A stretch of DNA of 24,000 bases from an uncultured Candidatus Saccharibacteria bacterium (GTDB taxonomy: Bacteria; Patescibacteriota; UBA1384; 2-12-FULL-50-11): contig CAYIGA010000002.1 in NCBI GenBank assembly GCA_964362925.1, forward strand, positions 4,951-28,950, written 5' to 3'. The notes beneath the pieces are model-generated. The model saw only the letters and a program-made list of their open reading frames with translations. It did no database searches and was not told the origin of the DNA. Numbering within the stretch: position 1 is the stretch's first letter; each line of letters opens with the position of its first letter. Shown here in pieces: positions 9,085-14,984 of this stretch. The translations under genes and the position numbers were made by a program.

Positions 9085-9160
9085 CAAATCTCAAAGTGAC
9101 AATTCAAAATTAATAATAACCATCGCCAAGCGATACCGATATTTTGAGATTTGCATTTTG
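9085..9160. repeat. Left arm of the 76-bp inverted repeat flanking efp; contains its own 11-bp terminal inverted repeat
   Basis: The reverse complement of 9085-9160 matches 9736-9811 at 75 of 76 positions. The single difference is A versus G in ...cttggcgAtgg... Internally, CAAATCTCAAA (9085-9095) is the reverse complement of TTTGAGATTTG (9143-9153). The 14-mer ATTTTGAGATTTG(C) repeats in tandem at 9141-9153 and 9155-9167. Confidence 0.95.
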
Positions 9161-9179
9161 AGATTTGAGATCTTGGGCT

Positions 9180-9731
9180 CTACGCTCGGCTGTCGTACTG
9201 TCCTGTCTCGGTATTGACAATTATCTTGTCACCGGTTTTTATAAATAACGGCACTTGAACCGTGGCGCCGGTTTCTAAGCTGGCCGTCTTGAGGGCGGCG
9301 TTGACGGTATTGCCAGCAGTTGCCGGCTCGGCAAAAGTTATTTCAAACTCAACTTTTTTTGGTGATTTGACATCAATCACTTCGTCTCGCCAAAAAAGCA
9401 GGTCTACGGAGCCGCCTTCTTTTAGATACTTAAATCGTTCCAGAGAAAGTTTAACTGACGTCTGCTCGAAAGTGTCGGCAATCATCACTTGGGCGTTAGT
9501 GCCTTGGCGGTAAAGAAAAGTGGCGGCCTTGTATTGCAGGGACGCTTCTTCGATTCGGTCGTTGCCCTGAAAAGTTTGGCTAAAAATGGCTTGAGTTACG
9601 AGATTGCGCAACTTGGTATCGAGTTTGGCCTGACCGCGACCGGCCCGAACATGGTCGGCCGAAATAACCTCGTGCGGGGCGTCACGAAACATTATTTTCG
9701 AGCCGATTTTCACCTGAGCGAGGGAGTACAT
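9180..9731 (-). CDS. efp: Elongation factor P
   Basis: MYSLAQVKIGSKIMFRDAPHEVISADHVRAGRGQAKLDTKLRNL... has EF-P layout, with the loop xGxGQA followed by KLRNL, and a length of 183 aa. ATG 9731 is preferred over the TTG at 9752, which lies inside the repeat arm. Confidence 0.9.
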   Translation of the reverse strand: MYSLAQVKIGSKIMFRDAPHEVISADHVRAGRGQAKLDTKLRNLVTQAIFSQTFQGNDRIEEASLQYKAATFLYRQGTNAQVMIADTFEQTSVKLSLERFKYLKEGGSVDLLFWRDEVIDVKSPKKVEFEITFAEPATAGNTVNAALKTASLETGATVQVPLFIKTGDKIIVNTETGQYDSRA

Positions 9732-9735
9732 AATC

Positions 9736-9811
9736 CAAAATGCAAATCTCAAAATATCGGTATCGCTTGGCGGTGGTTATTATTAATTTTGAATTGTCAC
9801 TTTGAGATTTG
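9736..9811. repeat. Right arm of the 76-bp inverted repeat flanking efp
   Basis: See the left arm. This arm begins 5 nt upstream of the efp ATG in the efp sense and ends 25 nt downstream of the rpsR stop. Confidence 0.95.
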
Positions 9812-9835
9812 GATTTTTGTTGCTGGCAGATTGGT

Positions 9836-10045
9836 CTATTTCTTGGCGGTTGAGAGTAGGCCTAAATAGCGGGCTCGTTTAATGGCGATCGCCAAGACGC
9901 GCTGATACTTGGTTGAAGTATTGGTTTCGCGGGCCGATTTTATTTTGCCCCAACTGGTGATGTAACGATTAAGCATCGACGTATCACGATAGTCTATCTC
10001 CTTGACCCGGTTTTTCTTAAAGTAACAATCGACTCGACGCTTCAT
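9836..10045 (-). CDS. rpsR: 30S ribosomal protein S18 (bS18)
   Basis: [50 protein letters not shown] matches the conserved S18 core (IDYKD...GKI...KYQR.LA.AIKRAR.L.LL). Classic rpsF-ssb-rpsR context. Confidence 0.92.
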   Translation of the reverse strand: MKRRVDCYFKKNRVKEIDYRDTSMLNRYITSWGKIKSARETNTSTKYQRVLAIAIKRARYLGLLSTAKK

Positions 10046-10092
10046 CTTAGGGAAGAATATAGAATTTAGAATTGTCGCTTCGCTCGCTTCTC

Positions 10093-10108
10093 CCCGCCAG
10101 CTGGCGGG
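10093..10108. other. Perfect 16-bp GC-rich palindrome/hairpin CCCGCCAGCTGGCGGG in the ssb-rpsR spacer
   Basis: Read directly from the sequence. It has a 6-bp GC stem and lacks a flanking T-run, so it is not a canonical intrinsic terminator. Confidence 0.6.
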
Positions 10109-10132
10109 TCGGAGTAGGAATTAAGAAGGGCT

Positions 10133-10147
10133 TGTCACAAAGTGACA
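10133..10147. promoter_or_regulatory. Palindrome TGTCAC-AAA-GTGACA; candidate operator sharing an 11-mer with the efp repeat arms
   Basis: Perfect 6-bp half sites with a 3-bp spacer. CAAAGTGACAA (10138-10148) also occurs at 9092-9102 and, reverse-complemented, at 9794-9804. The regulatory role is inferred only. Confidence 0.3.
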
Positions 10148-10197
10148 AAATGGAGTTTGGGTTCTTTATTCTTAATAATACATTCATCATTCTGTCT

Positions 10198-10647
10198 TTA
10201 GAACGGTATATCATCTAAATTTATCTCTTCAGTCCCGTCGGTCTTGTCTGGTTTTTTAGTTTTAGAATCGTCGCTAGGGACGCTGTTAGGCGCCAAATCG
10301 CCTATTGGCGAATCACCTTTCGGTGAGAGGGGAATAAAATTTTCGGCGACAATTTCCGTTCGACTTCTTTTAATACCGTCGGCACCTTCCCATGAATTTG
10401 TCTGGAGGCGACCCTCGACGTAAACTTTTTTCCCTTTGGTTAACATTTGGGCGGCCAATTCACCGAGCTTGCCCCAGGCGGTAATCTCGTGATATTGAGT
10501 GTCTTCTTTGGTGTTGCCGTCTTTGTCCTTCCATCTTCGGTTGGTCGCCACGGCAAACGAGCAAACGGTCTGTCCGCTCGGTATCGCCCGAGTTTCTGGG
10601 TCTCGAGTCAGGTTACCAACAATGCTTGCCCGATTTAAGCTAAACAT
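10198..10647 (-). CDS. ssb: Single-stranded DNA-binding protein
   Basis: The OB-fold N-terminus is MFSLNRASIVGNLTRDPETRAIPSGQTVCSFAVATNRRW. A disordered tail ends in the canonical acidic tip DDIPF. A strong SD AAAGGAGAGG lies upstream of ATG 10647. Confidence 0.92.
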   Translation of the reverse strand: MFSLNRASIVGNLTRDPETRAIPSGQTVCSFAVATNRRWKDKDGNTKEDTQYHEITAWGKLGELAAQMLTKGKKVYVEGRLQTNSWEGADGIKRSRTEIVAENFIPLSPKGDSPIGDLAPNSVPSDDSKTKKPDKTDGTEEINLDDIPF

Positions 10648-11182
10648 TGACCTCTCCTTTTTGACGCTCGGCCGGACGGCTCCTCGACAAGTTTAGAGTC
10701 ACCCCAAGCCCAGTCGAGGGGCGGCGTTTTGGCTCCTCTAGTCCAGCTCGCCAGGTGGAGAGAAGGTGTCGCTCGATTGTTTCGGTGTGTTTTAATTCGC
10801 TCTCCAGTTTTTTGATCGATAAGGCGTCGGCATGAAAAAAGACTGACACCAGCGACAGCTCCCGATGTTGATTAATTGGAAATGCCAGTCGCTTGACGCC
10901 TAAATCCTCGGCCTTTTCTACTTTTGAACCAACGGCCAAGACCAAGGCGGACAGTTCAGCCAGGGCACTGTCGGCGTCTTTAGCTAGGGCCGAGAGCAAG
11001 TAGATTTGGGCTTTAGAGTCTCCGGCCGTAGTTTCGGCGACCACATCAGCGGCCGTAGATTGTTCTTCAACTTCTTTGATATTGTCCAGTGTTGACTCTT
11101 CAACCCCGGCCGTGGTTTCGACACTTCCTATCTCTTTAACTACCATTGTCAAAATTTTATCAGGAAAGGGTCGATTAATCAA
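10640..11182 (-). CDS. rpsF: 30S ribosomal protein S6-like (bS6) with N-terminal acidic extension and C-terminal basic tail
   Basis: The core is YLLSALAKDADSALAELSALVLAVGSKVEKAEDLGVKRLAFPINQHRELSLVSVFFHADALSIKKLESELKHTETIERHLL. This fits the S6 pattern G.R.LAYPI...G.Y..F......I..LE..L.....V.R.L, and the gene sits directly upstream of ssb. Start is ambiguous: TTG 11182 with GAGGGGGG upstream, or ATG 11146 without an SD. Confidence 0.7.
   Translation of the reverse strand: MINRPFPDKILTMVVKEIGSVETTAGVEESTLDNIKEVEEQSTAADVVAETTAGDSKAQIYLLSALAKDADSALAELSALVLAVGSKVEKAEDLGVKRLAFPINQHRELSLVSVFFHADALSIKKLESELKHTETIERHLLSTWRAGLEEPKRRPSTGLGVTLNLSRSRPAERQKGEVNV
10701..10723. repeat. Copy A of dispersed motif ACCCCRARCCCAGTCGWRGGGC
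   Basis: caccccaagcccagtcgaggggc lies inside the rpsF 3' tail. It matches copy B (19834-19856) at 20 of 22 positions. Confidence 0.7.
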
Positions 11183-12152
11183 CCCCCCTCTTGTCTGGTG
11201 GTTGACCCCGAACGGAGTTCACCCCGATTCCAGATGAAGGGTCGAGAGACGGTTGACTATGAAAACGGCGATGGACGTCTCGGAGCGACCGATCGGTAAC
11301 GTGAGTGTAAATTTGGGTGGTCGTGATTGAGGAGTGGCCGAGCATTGCTTGGACAGAGCGCAAATCAGCCCCGTTTCGCAATAAATCAGTGGCGAAGCTG
11401 TGGCGGATTTGATGGGGGGTGACATTTTGAGTGACGCCAGCTCTTATTGCCGCCTGGCCAATTAGCCGCTGAACTGTCCGATCACTAAGATGGTTCTTTT
11501 TTGAGTCAAGGAGGCTGTTTTGATGATGCCGGATGAAAAGATATGGGCTTGTATCGGCTCGAGTGTCAATATAGCCGCCAAGCTCATCGAGGGCTTCTTC
11601 GGACAGAAATCCCGGCCGGACTTTTCCGCCTTTGCCCCGGACACTGAATTCCCCCGTTGCTAGGTTGACTTGATTGCGCTTTAAGTTCGTTAGCTCGCTG
11701 ACGCGGAGGCCGCTCGAAAAGAGGACGGCGATTATCGCCCGGTTCCGTCGGCCGATTCTCGAGTCGTCGCCGGCAACTTCGATTAATAGCAAAACCTCCG
11801 CCCGGTCCAAAAAATTGATCTGCCGAGAAGGGACTTTACCTAAAGTGATTTTTTCTGGCGGTAAGACTCTTAGATCGCGGCCAATCAAGTACTTAAGTAA
11901 GGCTCTGACGGCAATCAAATAGTAGTTGACGGTGGCTCGATTCCGTTTTACTCCCGCCGAATCCAGAAGGGCTAATTGGTAGTCGACCGCATCTTCGCCG
12001 CTAAGTTGATCTATTTTTGTTACTTTATTGGCTTCGGCCCAACTCTGAAAACTGGCGAGATAGTGTCGATAATTTTTAACGGTTGAGGCCGAGGCGCCGC
12101 GGGAGGTCTCCAGATATCGGAGGTAATCCTTAACGGCTCGACTAATGGTCAT
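11175..12152 (-). CDS. Tyrosine site-specific recombinase, XerC/XerD-like
   Basis: The N-terminal SAM-like domain reads YLRYLETSRGASASTVKNYRHYL. Catalytic signatures are GLRVSEL, HQIRHSFATDLLRNGADLRSVQAMLGHSSITTTQIYTHV (H-x-x-R ... Y). The stop overlaps the putative rpsF start by 8 nt. Confidence 0.85.
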   Translation of the reverse strand: MTISRAVKDYLRYLETSRGASASTVKNYRHYLASFQSWAEANKVTKIDQLSGEDAVDYQLALLDSAGVKRNRATVNYYLIAVRALLKYLIGRDLRVLPPEKITLGKVPSRQINFLDRAEVLLLIEVAGDDSRIGRRNRAIIAVLFSSGLRVSELTNLKRNQVNLATGEFSVRGKGGKVRPGFLSEEALDELGGYIDTRADTSPYLFIRHHQNSLLDSKKNHLSDRTVQRLIGQAAIRAGVTQNVTPHQIRHSFATDLLRNGADLRSVQAMLGHSSITTTQIYTHVTDRSLRDVHRRFHSQPSLDPSSGIGVNSVRGQPPDKRGVD

Positions 12153-12201
12153 CTGATCAAATTTAGAAATTATCGCCGTCTAGCCCGGAAATGTCTGACT
12201 T

Positions 12202-12231
12202 TTGAATTATCCCACACATATCGGCTACACT
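12202..12231 (+). promoter_or_regulatory. Candidate sigma70-type promoter TTGAAT-18-TACACT for the PAP2 gene
   Basis: Hexamers at 12202-12207 and 12226-12231. The -10 ends 10 nt before ATG 12242 and no SD is present. Confidence 0.3.
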
Positions 12232-12241
12232 GTAGCAAAAT

Positions 12242-12832
12242 ATGTCACTACTCGTGCTCGATCAAAATATTACCGAGAGTCTGTCCGGCCTAACTAGAGA
12301 TAATTCTAATCTCCAAAAAATAATTTACGTCGTCGCCACCTACCCAATATTTTTAGTCCCGATCACCTTGCTGTGGTTGTTTTGTCAAAAAACTAGCCGT
12401 CATCTGGCGGTAAAGACGTTTATCCTGACTATCTTCACCTGGCAGGTTATCAGTAAATCCGTTGGAGAATTTTTCTATACAAACTACGGTTTTCGGGATC
12501 GACCGTTGGCCTTCTCTGGTCTCCAAGAATTCTTATTTGAGCAGCCCCAAAAATCTTTTCCGTCTGATCACGCGGCGGTCTTGATACTCGTGACCTTGGC
12601 GCTGTTTTACTACCGACAAAAAAAGTTGGCCTGGGTATTTCTAGCGGCGACGCTGTTGTCCAGTTTGGCTCGAGTAATGATCGGTTTCCATTTCGTCGGC
12701 GACATCCTCGGCGGAATGCTGATCGGTCTAGTTGGTTTTGGTTTGTTGGTCGCCTTGGATCAACCGCTCCAAAAACTGTTAGAAAAATTATCGGGTCTAA
12801 TTGGCCAAAAAAATGAGTCAAAAAATGTCTAA
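12242..12832 (+). CDS. PAP2-family membrane phosphatase (undecaprenyl-diphosphatase/BcrC-like)
   Basis: All three PAP2 motifs are present in order: GFRDRP (K/RxxxxxxRP-like), FPSDH (PSGH), and SLARVMIGFHFVGDILGG (SRxxxxxHxxxD). The protein has several TM helices. Confidence 0.8.
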   Translation: MSLLVLDQNITESLSGLTRDNSNLQKIIYVVATYPIFLVPITLLWLFCQKTSRHLAVKTFILTIFTWQVISKSVGEFFYTNYGFRDRPLAFSGLQEFLFEQPQKSFPSDHAAVLILVTLALFYYRQKKLAWVFLAATLLSSLARVMIGFHFVGDILGGMLIGLVGFGLLVALDQPLQKLLEKLSGLIGQKNESKNV

Positions 12833-12849
12833 CTGTTTTTACCACGTTC

Positions 12850-13431
12850 ATGGCAAGAAGACTGGCTAAATTCATTTCTCTAGTGACCAATCCGGCCCTG
12901 GTAGTTTCAGTCAGCGTGATCGTGGTAGTTAGTTACTATACCAACACTATCGAAAAATTCTGGCAGGGAAGCGCCATCGGCATCGGCTTGTTGGTTGGGC
13001 CGGGCGTCATTTACAGTCTTTACCTCTGGCGGAAGGAGGGTACGGTCGATTTTGATATATCCGATCGTCACGACCGGATCTTGCCGCTTCTACTGGCGAG
13101 CTTAGGGGCAGTCATTGGCAGTAATATTATTCAGTCTTCGCTCCATAGTCGGACTTTCACCGAAATAAGTTATATCCTGGCGACGCTGTTAGTTAGCCTA
13201 ACCATCGTCACAACGGTTTGGAAAATCAGTCTCCACACGGCGACGTTAGCTGGTTTAACCTCAATGTTAGCTATCTATCGAGGGGAATGGTTTGGGCTTG
13301 GCTATTTAGTTTTGCTACCGGTCGCTTGGTCTCGTTTGAAGCTCAAACAACACACGCCGAATCAACTGATCGGCGGTATCTTGTTTGGAGCGGGGCTGAC
13401 GTTCGCCGCCGCTTGGTATTTTAGTCGTTGA
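12850..13431 (+). CDS. Polytopic membrane protein, degenerate PAP2-like
   Basis: Hydrophobic throughout. ISLHTA and SRLKLKQHTPNQLIGG resemble PAP2 motifs 2 and 3, with Q in place of D. Assignment is tentative. Confidence 0.45.
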   Translation: MARRLAKFISLVTNPALVVSVSVIVVVSYYTNTIEKFWQGSAIGIGLLVGPGVIYSLYLWRKEGTVDFDISDRHDRILPLLLASLGAVIGSNIIQSSLHSRTFTEISYILATLLVSLTIVTTVWKISLHTATLAGLTSMLAIYRGEWFGLGYLVLLPVAWSRLKLKQHTPNQLIGGILFGAGLTFAAAWYFSR

Positions 13432-13436
13432 ACTGG

Positions 13437-14909
13437 TTAGATTTCCAGATCTTGGACTGTCGGTAAAGGCGAAGGCAATTGGCTACTAGTTGCCGGTGTC
13501 TGGCTTTGAACCGGAGCGCTGTTATTGACTTGGGGCGGCTGATTAGTCGGATCGTCACCAGGTTCGAGAATCGTTGTTGGTGGCTGATCAAACGAAATGG
13601 TCTCGGCCGGTTTGGGCGTAACAACGGTCCCAGACGGCAAATTTTGGCTAAACGGCGCCGGGACAGTGGAAATTGGCGGTGGAGGCAAGGAAGCGACCGG
13701 CATCTGGACACTAGCTTCTGGCTTTAGAGCGGGAGGAGTTAGCGGAGATTGATTTTGGCTCGTCGTTAGACTACTCGCTTCGACTGACTGTTTACTGACG
13801 TTGGCCGGAACCTCTTGGAAATTGCTTGGTATTCTTGGGAGTGACGACAGTGGCGGCGGCGGTGGCGGTGGGACTAGCTTTGGCAGAGGGAGGATCGGCT
13901 CTGAAGGTAACGATGGGTTTACTCCAGGCGAAGTCGAGGGGGCCTGATTTACGCCCAACTGACTCGAGGGGCTAAGTGATGCCCCTGACCGGTAGCTACC
14001 GGCTGATGGTTTGGAGATCAGTTCGGTCGGCAGTTGATTTTGGCTAGTGGCGGGACTGCTCGGAACAAGTGGCTCGGCCACTTGAGGTGGCCTCGGCGGG
14101 ACAATCGCCGGAGACTCATATCCCTTCTCGGCCACTTGAGGTGGCCTCGGCGGGACAATCGCCGGAGACTCATATCCCTTCTCGGCCACTTGAGGTGGCC
14201 TCGGCGGGATGATCGGCCAAGGGTTTATTGAGGGTTTGTTGGGGGTCGACGGCGATGAAGTTAACTGGTTGGATTGCCCGTTTGGCGACTGTGAGGTCTT
14301 TGGCTGGTTGCCGCTGGCGGTTGCCCCTAGAACATCGGCCGAAACCGAAGGAAGTTGATTTTGGCTCGTTACTGGACTGCTTTGAGTTTGTTCTTTTGGT
14401 TGTTCTCCCGTCCAGGTTGGATTGATGGTTGGCTTGACATTGTAGCTGCTGGGGGGCGAAGAGGCAGTTGGCGCGGGGCTATCGGCTTTCGGTCCACGGG
14501 CGTCCTCTAGAATCGGAGAAGTTGGAGATTGCCGGCTACCGGAGAACTCGGTTGAAGGTGGCGCTATTTTTGGAACTTCAAAATTGGGCTTTGGGGACAG
14601 AGTAGGCGCCTGGGAACTAGGAGCTGGGGACTGGTTGTGGGGGGTCAATCTTATGTCCTTTCTCTCTAGTTCCGAGTTCCGAGTCCCTGGTCCCTCCTTA
14701 CCTACCAATATCTCTTCTAAATATTTTATACCAATCAAAGCGATGGCCGGTTTTCCGCCCTTGGTCAAAACATAAAGGCCATCGGCTGTATTTTCAACAT
14801 CGGCAACCAGACGACTAAAGTTGTCGCGAGCGTCAGTCAATGGAACGATACGATCGATCGGTACGCTAATCAAATTTCCCTCCTCCAATTCAGAGTAACC
14901 GAGCCCCAT
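13437..14909 (-). CDS. Phd/YefM-like N-terminal domain fused to a ~400-aa Pro/Ser/Gln/Thr-rich low-complexity region
   Basis: The N-terminus VPIDRIVPLTDARDNFSRLVADVENTADGLYVLTKGGKPAIALIGIKYLEEIL fits the antitoxin Phd_YefM pattern (seaRnnls.l...V......v.it..gkp.avl.s...ye.l). The remainder is low complexity, with a PPPPPPP run, 3x ESPAIVPPRPPQVAEKGY and 3x TSQNQ(L/S)P. Confidence 0.65.
   Translation of the reverse strand: MGLGYSELEEGNLISVPIDRIVPLTDARDNFSRLVADVENTADGLYVLTKGGKPAIALIGIKYLEEILVGKEGPGTRNSELERKDIRLTPHNQSPAPSSQAPTLSPKPNFEVPKIAPPSTEFSGSRQSPTSPILEDARGPKADSPAPTASSPPSSYNVKPTINPTWTGEQPKEQTQSSPVTSQNQLPSVSADVLGATASGNQPKTSQSPNGQSNQLTSSPSTPNKPSINPWPIIPPRPPQVAEKGYESPAIVPPRPPQVAEKGYESPAIVPPRPPQVAEPLVPSSPATSQNQLPTELISKPSAGSYRSGASLSPSSQLGVNQAPSTSPGVNPSLPSEPILPLPKLVPPPPPPPLSSLPRIPSNFQEVPANVSKQSVEASSLTTSQNQSPLTPPALKPEASVQMPVASLPPPPISTVPAPFSQNLPSGTVVTPKPAETISFDQPPTTILEPGDDPTNQPPQVNNSAPVQSQTPATSSQLPSPLPTVQDLEI
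14073..14209. repeat. 54-bp tandem repeat, ~2.5 copies, in frame (18-aa unit)
   Basis: ctcggccacttgaggtggcctcggcgggacaatcgccggagactcatatcccttc starts at 14073, 14127 and 14181. The first two copies are identical as read. Confidence 0.9.
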
Positions 14910-14971
14910 TTTGGTGTCAAATCATCCGTCCCAACTGTCCAGCCACTCTTCCGTCCCCGCTCTTGCCAAGG

Positions 14972-14977
14972 TATAAT
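14972..14977 (+). promoter_or_regulatory. Consensus -10 box TATAAT 7 nt upstream of the M16 peptidase ATG (leaderless candidate)
   Basis: Reads gTATAATtaaaccgATG with no SD and no convincing -35. Confidence 0.35.
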
Positions 14978-14984
14978 TAAACCG

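Noticed and set aside
9732-9752. TTG start giving MRFAFWI extension on efp
   Set aside because: The extension is encoded within the inverted-repeat arm. EF-P homology begins at MYSLAQVKIG.
11175-12152. Tyrosine recombinase as the integrase of a prophage or genomic island
   Set aside because: It is flanked by, and coupled to, core housekeeping genes. No tRNA, att-like direct repeats, phage genes or compositional shift were seen, so a chromosomal Xer-type recombinase is the simpler reading. A link to the efp inverted repeats remains speculative.
12450-12890. 146-aa minus-strand ORF overlapping the PAP2 gene
   Set aside because: It is antisense to a gene with all three PAP2 motifs, and the translation is Arg/Pro-rich with no recognisable features.
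14073-14209. Regularly spaced identical repeats considered as a CRISPR array
   Set aside because: The units are directly adjacent with no spacers, are 54 bp and in frame, and lie inside a long ORF as an 18-aa protein repeat.
13437-14909. Phd/YefM domain as part of a toxin-antitoxin module
   Set aside because: No toxin-sized ORF lies downstream or upstream in the same orientation. The protein is 490 aa rather than ~85 aa.
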